The notes beneath the pieces were generated by a model that saw only the letters and a program-made list of their open reading frames with translations, was not told the DNA's origin and made no database searches. Of a stretch of DNA of 64,000 nt, positions 1-9,389 are shown one piece after another. The stretch spans positions 1 through 64,000 of the forward strand of contig JANPJS010000312.1 in the NCBI GenBank assembly GCA_031425655.1, written 5' to 3'. Each line of letters opens with the position of its first letter. Position 1 is the first letter of the stretch. The DNA comes from Abditibacteriaceae bacterium. Lineage in GTDB: Bacteria; Armatimonadota; Abditibacteriia; Abditibacteriales; Abditibacteriaceae. The translations under genes and the position numbers were made by a program.

Positions 1-137
1 TAACACGGGTGGCTCCCCACCCTCCGGGTGGGTTTGGGGGCGGGCACGCCGGCGGCTTCGCCGCCGTCAACCCCCACCTAACCTCCCCCAAAGGGGAGGA
101 ACTATGCTCTTGAACTCCTTAACTTAATCCCATTGGG
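1..137. repeat. Partial MITE/REP-like element, inverted copy of the 18257-18415 family
   Basis: Reverse complement of ~62-137 (cccaatgggattaagttaagg...gggggaggttaggtgggggttgacggcg) closely matches 18256-18331; probably cut by the window edge. Confidence 0.8.
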
Positions 138-141
138 CTAA

Positions 142-191
142 CGCCCTCTTCCAAACGAGTAGTAGACAGGCTGCCTGTTTGGAAGAGGGCG
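142..191. terminator. Stem-loop downstream of the GT4 gene
   Basis: cgccctcttccaaac ... gtttggaagagggcg inverted repeat; no clear U-tract. Confidence 0.45.
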
Positions 192-220
192 CAGCCCCGC
201 CATCCTCGCAAAACAGTGCC

Positions 221-1480
221 TCAGCTACGCCCGGCGGCGCTCAACAGCCCATCGTGGACTTCGCGCAAGCGGGCGCCGATGACCGGCCAATCGTAATTTT
301 CCTGCACCATTTGCAGTCCGCCCGTCGTTAATTTCTGGCGCAGGTCTGAATTTGTGCAAATTTCGCTTAATGCCGCGTCGAATTCCTCGTCGCTTTCCGC
401 CAGCAGAATGTTTTCGCCGTGAATCACATTCAAGCCTTCGGCGCCTAATTCTGTCGAGACAATCGGCAGTTCGGCGGCCATCGCTTCCAAGATTTTCAAG
501 CGCGAACCGCCTCCGATGCGAAGCGGCACGACCGCAGCGATGGATTCGCGGCAGTAAGGCCGCACGTCGCGCACGCGGCCCGTGACTTCGATGCCCGGCG
601 ATTGCGCTAAAACCGTCACGTCCGGCGGCGGATTGCGCCCGACGATGGTGAAAATCAAGTGCGGGAATTTTGCGAACACTTGGGGCCAAACGTCGCGCGC
701 GAAGTGCGTCACGGCTTCGATGTTGGCGTGATAATCCATCGAGCCGATGAATACCACGCGATGCCGGGGCAGTTCTTCCTGTCCGGCTTTGGGCGAATAG
801 TATTCGACGTTGACGCCGTTTTCGATGACGTAAACCGGCGCGTTGGGCGAAAGCGCCATCAATTGCGCTTTGTCGCGCTCGCTGACGGCCAAATGCGCGT
901 CGAACTCGTGCAAAATGCGCTTTTCCATATCGGCCATGCGCTGCGCGGTGGCGCGGGCATAAAGGCGGCGCGGCAAATCTTTCATTTGCTCGCCGTAGCG
1001 CAGCATTAGCTCGGATTCGACGTTGTGCCAGTCGCAAATCACCACCGGGCGGCTGCGCGCGGCGCGAATAATCGGCAGATAATCGGCTAAATGCAAGCCT
1101 TGAACTTGCACGATGTCGAAATCGCGCTCGTCCAGCAATTGTTTCAGCGCCGTTTGCATGGCGGGCGTGGTGTAGTTCAAAACGGGCAGGGGAGTGCGAC
1201 CCAACAATCCGCGCGCCAGTTTGGCCGCGCTGTAACTGCTGTCCAGAGGAACCGTTATCAACTGCTCGCACCACTCGCCGACGGGGTTGCGATTCTCAAA
1301 TTGATAAGTGTCGGCGTCTTGGGCGTGCCGCGCGCGATTATCGGAAAAGCCGAGATAGGTGACCCGTTCGCCGGCGGCAGCGAGTTCGCGCGCCAGATAA
1401 AAATTGCGAAGCTGCCCGCCGGTGCTGGGCGGCCAGCATTCTTTCGGGGCGAAATAAAGTAGACGGAGTGAATCAGTCAC
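221..1480 (-). CDS. GT4 family glycosyltransferase (EPS cluster)
   Basis: FIGSMDYHAN and PLRIGGGSRLKILEAMA motifs; start taken as GTG 1480, just after the upstream gene's stop (ORF track extends to 1771). Confidence 0.9.
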   Translation of the reverse strand: MTDSLRLLYFAPKECWPPSTGGQLRNFYLARELAAAGERVTYLGFSDNRARHAQDADTYQFENRNPVGEWCEQLITVPLDSSYSAAKLARGLLGRTPLPVLNYTTPAMQTALKQLLDERDFDIVQVQGLHLADYLPIIRAARSRPVVICDWHNVESELMLRYGEQMKDLPRRLYARATAQRMADMEKRILHEFDAHLAVSERDKAQLMALSPNAPVYVIENGVNVEYYSPKAGQEELPRHRVVFIGSMDYHANIEAVTHFARDVWPQVFAKFPHLIFTIVGRNPPPDVTVLAQSPGIEVTGRVRDVRPYCRESIAAVVPLRIGGGSRLKILEAMAAELPIVSTELGAEGLNVIHGENILLAESDEEFDAALSEICTNSDLRQKLTTGGLQMVQENYDWPVIGARLREVHDGLLSAAGRS

Positions 1481-1482
1481 GG

Positions 1483-2718
1483 TCAGGAGCCTTGTGGGTC
1501 GGGGGACTTGTGGATTTCGGCAGAATCGCGCATCGGCTCCCAGCGTGCGTAGCGTTCGCCGCGTAGCCATTGCATGATGGCCATCGCCGAAGCCGCGTTC
1601 GATAAGACAAAGTAAAAGGGCAGCGTTGCCAATTTGGCGATTTTGCTTTGCGCGCCGCCGCGTTTCTCTTGTTTCCAACCGCAAGCGGCCAAAACATAAA
1701 ACGCGGTTTGCGCGAGAGTCGCGGCGCGATGAAAGAGCGAGCCGCGCGCCAAGACCATTGAGGACGGCCACAAGACCAAAAGGAAAAACGGCGCCAGATA
1801 ACGCAGCACTTTGTGCGACACCATTTGCACGCCGTAAAAGCCGCTGCGCAGCGGGCTAAACGTCGCGCGGTGCTGCCACAAATCGGTAATCGTTTGCGTG
1901 ATGATACGCACACGCATTTTGAACTCGCGGTCGGAGCGTTGGTTGGTTTCTTCGGTGCAGACGGCTTGCGGCTCGAAAACCGCGCGCAAACCTTGCTCGA
2001 CCATGACCGTTGCAATCACGAAATCGCTGCAAGCTTCGGGCGGCAAAGGCACATAAGCCGAGCGCCGCACCGCATAAAGACAGCCCGACACACCGATTAA
2101 AGAACCGATAGCGCTTTCGCAGGTTTTAAGGAAGGTTTCGTAGCCCCAGTAAGACTTCGCGCCGCTGCCCACGCCCGATTGCGCCGGGTCAACGTATAGC
2201 AATCGGCCCGCAACGCAGCCGACTTCCGCGTCGGCGAAATTGGGCATCATGGCGCGCAAAACGTCGGGTTGATAAAGCGTGGTCGCGTCCGAAAAAAGCA
2301 AAATCTCGCCTTGTGCCAGCTCGACGGCGGCGTTTTGCGCGGCGGTTTTACCTCCGCGCTGCATTTGGCGATGCAGTCGTGTTTGCAGCGAATTATCCTC
2401 GCGTGCGGCGAAGCAGCGCACGATGTCATCGGTGTCGTCGCTGGAGCAATCGGAGGCCACGATGATGTCTAATTTGTCCGCCGGATAATCGAGCGCGAGG
2501 GTGTTTTCTAATTTCGCGGGCAGGTCGCGTTCTTCGTTGTAAGCCGCGATAATCAGCGTGACTGAAGGCGTGTAATCGTCTTCGGGCCGCGCGCGTTGAA
2601 TCGGGCGCGTTTTATAGCGGCTGACGGCGGCCAACAGCAGCGGATAGCCGGCGTAGGTGTAGGCCAAAGTCGCCGCGCTGCTCCAGAAAACGGCGTTTGC
2701 CAGCTTGCGAGAGTTCAT
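1483..2718 (-). CDS. GT2 family glycosyltransferase (CESA-like)
   Basis: IIAAYNEE, SDCSSD, GKTAAQN, FSDA motifs and C-terminal TM helices; ATG 2718 overlaps the upstream stop (ATGA). Confidence 0.9.
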   Translation of the reverse strand: MNSRKLANAVFWSSAATLAYTYAGYPLLLAAVSRYKTRPIQRARPEDDYTPSVTLIIAAYNEERDLPAKLENTLALDYPADKLDIIVASDCSSDDTDDIVRCFAAREDNSLQTRLHRQMQRGGKTAAQNAAVELAQGEILLFSDATTLYQPDVLRAMMPNFADAEVGCVAGRLLYVDPAQSGVGSGAKSYWGYETFLKTCESAIGSLIGVSGCLYAVRRSAYVPLPPEACSDFVIATVMVEQGLRAVFEPQAVCTEETNQRSDREFKMRVRIITQTITDLWQHRATFSPLRSGFYGVQMVSHKVLRYLAPFFLLVLWPSSMVLARGSLFHRAATLAQTAFYVLAACGWKQEKRGGAQSKIAKLATLPFYFVLSNAASAMAIMQWLRGERYARWEPMRDSAEIHKSPDPQGS

Positions 2719-4064
2719 GCGAAGCGATTTCCTTCCATCACTGCGTCGGCGGGTTCCAAACGGCCTAATATGCGGCCGGGCCCGGTTTCGTAAACGCGCC
2801 GCAAACACACTGCGTAGCCGACGAGATAATAAACCACCCAATAATAGGCGACGGACAGAAAAAAGCTGCTCGCCATATAACCGGCCAGACCCGCCTGTAA
2901 GCCGATGCTTAGATAATGAAGATGCCGGTGCGACGGCACGCCGTCGGTTTCGCGCTCAATGCGGCGCAAATGGATCAGCGAACTCACCATGAACGCGACG
3001 TAAAACACCAGCGCCGGCAACCCCAATTCCGCCGCCACCTGTGTATAAGCGTTGTGGCTGGGCTTGCCGCGAGCCTCGTAACGCGGAAAATTAGCCATGC
3101 CGACGCCGAAAAAGGGATTCGCCGCCGCGACTTCGATGGAGCGAAACAGCAAGGCTTGGCGCGCGGCGGGAACGCCGGTTTCATCCAGTCCGGGGTTGGC
3201 AATCGAAGCCAACCGCGCCGCATAATTGCCCGGCGCCAGCATGATAAAGGCGATAAACAAGACCAGCGCGCCGGTTCCGACTAACAATCGCTTGCCCCGG
3301 CCCAATTTATAAGCTAAAACCGCGACGACCACGGTTAGGCCAAGAAAACCGCCGCGTGAATAGGTGAAAATCAAGCCGCCGAGCATGACGAACGTGCAGG
3401 CAATGTAGACAAGCTTGGCCCATAAGCTGCGTTCGCCCAGTAGCAAAGCGAAGGCAATCGGCATCACGGACACCAAAAACAGCGCCATGTCGTTCGGGTC
3501 GCGGAACATCCCGCTCACCGCGCCTTGCACGCGATAGCCTTCGAGCGGCGTGTTGCCGGTGCGAAAGTCGTTAATCGAACTGGCGGCTAACAAAACTGCC
3601 ACGGCCAGCGAAAGCCAGAACAAGCCTTTCCAACGCGATTCGGTGCGCACGACGTTAATCATCACTACGAACATCGCCACGACTTTAATAAATTGATCGG
3701 AAAACGCCGCCCACGCCTCGCCACGATCAAGGGCCAACGGCAGCGAAAGCAGGGCCGCCACGAACAGCAGCAGCAGCCATTTCATTTCGCGCGGCCAGGC
3801 CGTGAGGCGTCCTTCGAGCAAAATTTGCGTCGGCACGAAGACAATCAGTGTGAAGAGGGCCGTTACCAGAGGAAGGCGCAGGGCATCAATCACCGGCGAG
3901 TAACTCTGGGGCCGAAAATACAGCACGGCGGTGAACAGCATCAAACCGATATAGCTGATGCTGTGACCGGCGCGATCAGGCAAACGAAAGGCGAGCCAAC
4001 CGCCTTTCAGCGCATCCAATGCGCTTTCGCTTGATCTTGAAGCTTGAGTGTCGCTCGCGGCCAT
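2715..4064 (-). CDS. O-antigen ligase / Wzy polymerase family membrane protein
   Basis: Many TM segments; DPND, TYSRGG, PFFGVG, HNAYTQVAAELG motifs. Confidence 0.9.
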   Translation of the reverse strand: MAASDTQASRSSESALDALKGGWLAFRLPDRAGHSISYIGLMLFTAVLYFRPQSYSPVIDALRLPLVTALFTLIVFVPTQILLEGRLTAWPREMKWLLLLFVAALLSLPLALDRGEAWAAFSDQFIKVVAMFVVMINVVRTESRWKGLFWLSLAVAVLLAASSINDFRTGNTPLEGYRVQGAVSGMFRDPNDMALFLVSVMPIAFALLLGERSLWAKLVYIACTFVMLGGLIFTYSRGGFLGLTVVVAVLAYKLGRGKRLLVGTGALVLFIAFIMLAPGNYAARLASIANPGLDETGVPAARQALLFRSIEVAAANPFFGVGMANFPRYEARGKPSHNAYTQVAAELGLPALVFYVAFMVSSLIHLRRIERETDGVPSHRHLHYLSIGLQAGLAGYMASSFFLSVAYYWVVYYLVGYAVCLRRVYETGPGRILGRLEPADAVMEGNRFA

Positions 4065-4082
4065 GAAATTTAAGGGTTCTTA

Positions 4083-4287
4083 GAAACTGTCTGAGAATAG
4101 TCATTAATCCTGAGTTGAGTCGCTTTTAATATGACGCGGAGCTTCGCTTCGCGGATTTCATGCGCGGATTCTCGCTGATTTCTTTCGGTAAAACCGCGAA
4201 AATCAAAGCCGTTTCCGCGTAGCGAAGCTCCGTGTCCTATTAAAAGCGGCTCAACTACAGGATCAATGGCTATTCTCAGACAACTTC
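4083..4287. mobile_element. Long palindromic MITE-like element
   Basis: ~70 bp imperfect inverted arms (gaaactgtctgagaatag... / ...ctattctcagacaacttc) flanked by tta and tca. Confidence 0.75.
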
Positions 4288-6504
4288 TCAGGCTTTTACT
4301 ATGGCGTAACTGCGGTGCCCGTAGTAATCGTTACTTTCTTTGCCGGTGGTTTTATTGAGCAGCACGCCGATGACTTCGGTGTCCGATTGCGACAGCAAAT
4401 TCATGGTGCGCGCCACCTCGCGGCGTCCGGTTTCTTTGCTGGAAATCACCAAAAGCGTGGCGTCGGCCAGGGAAGTCACCACTTGCGCGTCGGCCAAAGC
4501 CAAGACGGGCGGCGTGTCCAGCACGATGAAATCGGCTTGTTCGCGCAGTTGTTGAAAAAGCGTCGCCGCCGCGCGCGATTTCAGCAGTTTGACCGCGTTC
4601 GGCGGAATCGTGCCGCTGGTGATGACGCGCAGGCCGGGAACATCCGTCGTTTGCAGTGCGTGTTCGAGCGGCTGAGCGCCGGTCAGCACGTTGCTGAGGC
4701 CAACTTGGTTGGGCAGCGAACACAAACGATGCAGCGCGGGCCGGCGCAGGTCGCAATCCACGAGAATAACGCGCTCTCCGCTTAAAGCCGCAGCGATGGC
4801 CAAATTCAGCGCCGTGACCGATTTGCCTTCGCCGGGCACGCTGCTGGTGATGGCAATAGCGCGAATCGGCTCGTCGGCGGCGGAAAACTCGATGTTGGTG
4901 TGCAAAAGCTGAAAGGTTTCGAGGAGCGGAGTCGGCTCAATCGAAGGCGCATACAAGTTATGCCCGACGCGATTGGCGAGGAACGGCACGCTGGCCAGCA
5001 TCGGCAATTGCGTGGCCTGGCGCACTTCGCGTTCCGAGTGCATTCGGTCGTCAAGTTGATCGGTTAAAGCGGCCAGACCGAGCGCCAAAATCAGGCCGGC
5101 CATCAATGCCAACACAATGGTTCGCGGAATGTTGGGCTTTATCTGCCTGACGCCGCTGAGTTCGGCGGGAAAGGCCAATTCGGCACTGGCCACGCGCGCT
5201 TGCTCGTTGATGCGTAAGGCTTGAAGGCGCTCGTTGAGCAAATCGTAGGTGCGTTGCAGCGCGCCGGCATCGAGAGTCAGGCGGCTGAGCGTTTGTTCGC
5301 GTTGCGGCATTCCGGCCAGACGCCTGCGCGCTGTTATCAGAGCGTGTTTATAAGCCGTGCCCTGCGCTTCGTTGGCCCAAACCTCGCCGCGCAAACGCGC
5401 GATGTCTTGCATCGCGGCGGCGCGCACTGGTGAGGCTTCAAAACGCCATGTTCCGACTTCGGTTTGCGCCTGCGATTGCAATTTGCGGCGCAGCGCGCTG
5501 ATTTGCCCGTTGATGGCGACAACCGGATCGCCGGTCGGCGTGTATTCTTGCAGCAGGCGAATGCGCTCGCCTTCCAAGCGCGTCAGTTCGAGCTTCATGG
5601 CCTCGACTTCGGGCTTGCGCCGGATGTCCACGGGCACGACTTTGGAAGCCGGAGTTTGCCGAACCACGCGCTGCAATTCCTGCAATTGCGCTAAGTTAGC
5701 GGCTTTGCTGGAACGCGCGTCCTGCCAGCCTTGTTCGATGCGCTGGGTTTGTTCGACCAGGCCGCCGGCCTCTTTGGACACGTCGAAAACGCCGCTGCGC
5801 TCTTTGAATTGGCGCAAATTCGTCTGCGCCTTATTGAGATTGGTGCGAGCCGTGCGAAGCTGATTTTGCACGTATTCGCGCGTCGAGCGCGTGCTTTGCC
5901 GATTTTTGCCCTGACTGAAATGCACGTATTGATTGCAAACCGCGTTGGCCAAAGCCGCCGCGCTTTTTTTGTCGCGGGTGTGTGCCGAAACTTCGATGAG
6001 ATCGGTGGCGGTAATCGGCTCGGCCTTAATGTCCGCCGTTTTGAACAAGTCCGGCTGCTGGTCAGCCGGCAGCGAACGGATGGCCCGTTTGAGAATCAAA
6101 TCGTTGCGCACGACCGCGACTTGCGTTTGCAGCGAGCGCGGCTGGCTTGGCCCCAATGCCTGAGTCAACAGGTCGTTTTCGGATTCGGAAGATTTGGCCA
6201 GCAGCGTGGCTTTGGCTTCGTAAACGCGCGGCGCCAACAGCAAATACAAAAGCGACAAGCCCACGACGGTTAAAAACGTCAGCAGCATAATGCGCGAACG
6301 ACGGCGCAAAATGGCGGCGACATCGGCCATTTCGACGGCATTTTTGCGTTGCGGCTCGGCAGGCCACAAAACGAATGGCGTGGCCGAGGCGGGCACCGTC
6401 GCTTGTCGCGGAGTGCGCGCTAAGGTGACATCGGAAGAAATATCGGGGGGTCTCTGACCGGATGGGTCGTGAGGAGGCGTGGGCGATGCGGTGTAATCGT
6501 TCAA
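4288..6504 (-). CDS. wzc: Wzc/GumC-type polysaccharide co-polymerase with BY-kinase domain
   Basis: Two TM helices, coiled coil, Walker A PGEGKS, VDCDLRRP, LDTPP, C-terminal Tyr residues; TTG start 6504 with AGGAG upstream (alternative ATG 6330). Confidence 0.88.
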   Translation of the reverse strand: MNDYTASPTPPHDPSGQRPPDISSDVTLARTPRQATVPASATPFVLWPAEPQRKNAVEMADVAAILRRRSRIMLLTFLTVVGLSLLYLLLAPRVYEAKATLLAKSSESENDLLTQALGPSQPRSLQTQVAVVRNDLILKRAIRSLPADQQPDLFKTADIKAEPITATDLIEVSAHTRDKKSAAALANAVCNQYVHFSQGKNRQSTRSTREYVQNQLRTARTNLNKAQTNLRQFKERSGVFDVSKEAGGLVEQTQRIEQGWQDARSSKAANLAQLQELQRVVRQTPASKVVPVDIRRKPEVEAMKLELTRLEGERIRLLQEYTPTGDPVVAINGQISALRRKLQSQAQTEVGTWRFEASPVRAAAMQDIARLRGEVWANEAQGTAYKHALITARRRLAGMPQREQTLSRLTLDAGALQRTYDLLNERLQALRINEQARVASAELAFPAELSGVRQIKPNIPRTIVLALMAGLILALGLAALTDQLDDRMHSEREVRQATQLPMLASVPFLANRVGHNLYAPSIEPTPLLETFQLLHTNIEFSAADEPIRAIAITSSVPGEGKSVTALNLAIAAALSGERVILVDCDLRRPALHRLCSLPNQVGLSNVLTGAQPLEHALQTTDVPGLRVITSGTIPPNAVKLLKSRAAATLFQQLREQADFIVLDTPPVLALADAQVVTSLADATLLVISSKETGRREVARTMNLLSQSDTEVIGVLLNKTTGKESNDYYGHRSYAIVKA

Positions 6505-6738
6505 GCTTCCAACTCCTATTCGCGCCGGAACTGGCCGGTTTCGCAATCTACTGGGAATTTCGCGTGATGCTCCACGCGCTTCCAATATGTTACTACAGTT
6601 GCTTGCGCGAAAACTCGCCACGCAGGCCATTCGGTCTCACACGCAACACGCGAGGGAACTTACGGCGTGGCAATGGCATTTAGCAGTGCGGCGATTTCGC
6701 ACAGTTTTGAAAGATAATTGATAGCTTTTCAGGAATTT

Positions 6739-7722
6739 ATGGTGTTCGATTTGGAATTTGCGCCCAACCGCTTCGCCAAAATGCTGGGCGAGCATCGGCA
6801 GGAATTGCGGCGCGCGGCGACGGAGATTTTACAAATCAACGTCGGCAAAAAGTGCAACCAAAGCTGCGCGCATTGCCACGTTAACGCCGGCCCGTCGCGT
6901 AAGGAAACTATGACGCGCGCCACGATGGATCGCGTTCTCGATTGGCTGGCGCAAACCACGATTCCGATTGTTGACATCACCGGCGGCGCGCCTGAACTCA
7001 ATCCCGACTTTCGCTATCTCGTCGAATGCGCGAAAGCGATGTCGCCGTCGCGCCACATCATTGATCGCTGCAATCTCACCATTCTTTTCGAGCCGGGACA
7101 GCACGATTTAGCCGAGTTTTTGGCCGCGCACGAAGTGGAAATCGTGGCCTCGCTGCCGTGTTATTCCGCCGCAAACGTCGAAGCGCAACGCGGCGAGGGC
7201 GTTTTTGAAAAAAGCATTCGCGCCTTGCAAAATCTCAACGCATTAGGCTACGGCACAAACGCGCAACTGCCTCTTAATTTGGTTTATAACCCGAACGGCG
7301 CGTTTTTGCCCGCCGCGCAAATCGGCTTGGAAGCGGCTTATAAAACCGAGTTGCGCCAGCAATTCGGCATCGTTTTTAACCGGCTTTATACCATCACCAA
7401 TATGCCCATTTCGCGCTTCGCGGCGTTTTTGCGGCGAAACGGGCAGCTCGAAGCCTATCAGCAGACGCTTATCGAAGCCTTCAATCCCGCGTCCATCGCC
7501 GGTTTGATGTGCCGCAATACTCTTAATATTGGCTGGCGAGGCGAAGTTTACGACTGCGATTTCAATCAAATGCTCGAAATGCCGTGGCGCAGCGGCAAAA
7601 CCTTATATCTGTGGGATATTGACCCGGCAGCCGTCGCTGGACGCGGTATTCTCACCGGCGACCATTGTTTCGGCTGCACAGCGGGCGCCGGTTCGAGCTG
7701 CGGCGGTGCGTTGGTAGCTTGA
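6739..7722 (+). CDS. arsS: Radical SAM protein, arsenosugar biosynthesis ArsS family (DUF3641)
   Basis: LQINVGKKCNQSCAHCHV (CxxxCxxC), DITGGAPE, YDCDFNQML, C-terminal HCFGCTAGAGSSCGGAL. Confidence 0.88.
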   Translation: MVFDLEFAPNRFAKMLGEHRQELRRAATEILQINVGKKCNQSCAHCHVNAGPSRKETMTRATMDRVLDWLAQTTIPIVDITGGAPELNPDFRYLVECAKAMSPSRHIIDRCNLTILFEPGQHDLAEFLAAHEVEIVASLPCYSAANVEAQRGEGVFEKSIRALQNLNALGYGTNAQLPLNLVYNPNGAFLPAAQIGLEAAYKTELRQQFGIVFNRLYTITNMPISRFAAFLRRNGQLEAYQQTLIEAFNPASIAGLMCRNTLNIGWRGEVYDCDFNQMLEMPWRSGKTLYLWDIDPAAVAGRGILTGDHCFGCTAGAGSSCGGALVA

Positions 7723-7765
7723 GAAAGTGTTGATTTAGCATCTCTTGAATACGAAAGGGATGCTC

Positions 7766-7830
7766 CAGTCAGACCCCGCCTGCCCAAAGGGCGCCCGCCC
7801 CTTAGCAAGGGGGCTTGGGGGTCTGACTGC
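7766..7830. repeat. REP-like inverted repeat
   Basis: cagtcagacccc ... ggggtctgactg arms. Confidence 0.55.
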
Positions 7831-7858
7831 GGCACGTTCTCTGGAAACCTTCAAACTA

Positions 7859-7899
7859 AATAAAAGCGCCGCGTCCCAATGGAACGCGGCGCTTTTATT
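7859..7899. terminator. Bidirectional intrinsic terminator
   Basis: aataaaagcgccgcgt-loop-acgcggcgcttttatt between convergent genes. Confidence 0.85.
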
Positions 7900-7912
7900 T
7901 GGCGGACAGCAA

Positions 7913-8308
7913 TTACATTTTGCCGTGCATCAGGCCGGCTTTGACGGCTTTCATCATCAAAGCCTTTTCCGAAGCCGACATCTTCATCATGGTCTTCTTT
8001 TCCGCCGGCGTCATCATGGACATCATGTGATCCATTTTCATTTTGTGGCCGCCGGACATCTTGTCTCCCATCATTTTACAGGCGCCGCACGACATCATTT
8101 TGCCGCCGGACATTTTGTGGCCGCCGGACATTTTGCTGCCCATCATCTTGTCGCCCGACATCTTGCCGGACATTTTATCGCCTGACATCTTGCCGTCGGA
8201 CATTTTACTGTCCATTTTGCCGCTCATTTTGTCTTCGGCCTGCGCGGGCAGGGTCAGGGTCGCGGCCAGCAGGCCGGCGGCGCACAGCGCCTTCATCAGG
8301 TGTTTCAT
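7913..8308 (-). CDS. Secreted methionine-rich repeat protein (MXKDX/MrpX-like)
   Basis: Signal peptide ending AQA; KMSG(D/G) repeats; about 30 Met in 131 aa; central CGAC. Confidence 0.85.
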   Translation of the reverse strand: MKHLMKALCAAGLLAATLTLPAQAEDKMSGKMDSKMSDGKMSGDKMSGKMSGDKMMGSKMSGGHKMSGGKMMSCGACKMMGDKMSGGHKMKMDHMMSMMTPAEKKTMMKMSASEKALMMKAVKAGLMHGKM

Positions 8309-8380
8309 TGGAATTCTCTCCCGAAAAAATTGTGCGGCGAATCGCGCCGCGCGAATATGAAAAGGGCGATGAAAACAACT

Positions 8381-9244
8381 TCAGTGCCCGGCATACCAAT
8401 CGTAGCCTTGCTCGGCCCAGTAATCGGCGGGACGCTGCGCGACGTAGCGAATCGTGCCGATGCGCTTGATGTGCTTGACGCCGTATTTCAGCGGCGTCAC
8501 CAAGCGCAAAGGCGCGCCGTGTTCCAGCGTGAGCGCCGCGCCGCTCATTTCGTAGCAAAGCAGGGTTTGCGGATGCAGCGCCGCTTCTCTTTCCAGTCCG
8601 ACGTAATAACCGCCGTCCGGCGTTTCCATGCCGACGAATTCCGGCAGATCGTTCGGCTTCGCGGCATTATACGCCTCGCCGCTGCGCGTGGTCGGCGGAT
8701 AGCGCGCGATGAAATCGGCCATGCGCGCTCCGGCCCAATGTGTAATCACGCTCCAGCCTTCGATGCACTTCAATTCCGTAATCATTTCAAAGCGTGGCAG
8801 CTTTTTTATCGCGGCCATGTCGAGCGTCAGTGGATCGTTTTCGGCCACGCCTTCGACCGTCAGTTGCCACTGCTCCGGGTTAAAATCTTCGCTCATTCCA
8901 ATCACGCCGTTGACGCGCTGCGGCGTAAGGGCCGAGCGCGGAAAAGTGGGTGCCAAACGCGCCGGCGAAAACAAATCGCGCGCGAGGGATTCGTTGGTTT
9001 GCAAAGCGCGGCGCAGAGGCCACGGCACGCCGTCTTCCTCGCGGCGCGTGTTGAGCCATTGCAAACCGCCGCCGGCAGCGCCAAAAGCTAAAATTGACCA
9101 CGCAAAACTGCGCCGCGACATCCGGCGCATTTGTTGTTCGGCGTCGTTGGCGGGCGGCGCGCCGGCTGCCAGCGCTTCGATTTCCGACGCTGCGTCCGCT
9201 GCGGATTCATCGGGTGCCGGGTTGTGTTGAAGTTCTTCGCTCAT
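8381..9244 (-). CDS. Sulfite-oxidase-family molybdopterin oxidoreductase (MsrP/YedY-like)
   Basis: SRRSF twin-arginine-like motif plus TM helix; KCIEGWS, HPQTLLCYEM, HGAPLRL..P.KYG.K motifs. Confidence 0.88.
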   Translation of the reverse strand: MSEELQHNPAPDESAADAASEIEALAAGAPPANDAEQQMRRMSRRSFAWSILAFGAAGGGLQWLNTRREEDGVPWPLRRALQTNESLARDLFSPARLAPTFPRSALTPQRVNGVIGMSEDFNPEQWQLTVEGVAENDPLTLDMAAIKKLPRFEMITELKCIEGWSVITHWAGARMADFIARYPPTTRSGEAYNAAKPNDLPEFVGMETPDGGYYVGLEREAALHPQTLLCYEMSGAALTLEHGAPLRLVTPLKYGVKHIKRIGTIRYVAQRPADYWAEQGYDWYAGH

Positions 9245-9251
9245 GGCGTTC

Positions 9252-9389
9252 TTAGCGGCTGGAATAAACCAAATAAATCAGGCTGGCAGCGATTAAAATT
9301 AGCAGCAGGCGCACGATGCTAAGCAGCGTTTGGCGCACGATGCGGTGCGATTTTGGGCACGTTGCGCCTTCAATCGGTTCGTTGGTCAT
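9252..9389 (-). CDS. Small single-TM protein (45 aa)
   Basis: MTNEPIEGATCPKSHRIVRQTLLSIVRLLLILIAASLIYLVYSSR; ATG overlaps the cytochrome b stop and the ORF ends 7 nt before the next start. Confidence 0.55.
   Translation of the reverse strand: MTNEPIEGATCPKSHRIVRQTLLSIVRLLLILIAASLIYLVYSSR

Noticed and set aside
7690..7722. Selenocysteine in the ArsS C-terminal SSxGG motif
   Set aside because: The codon is TGC (Cys), not TGA
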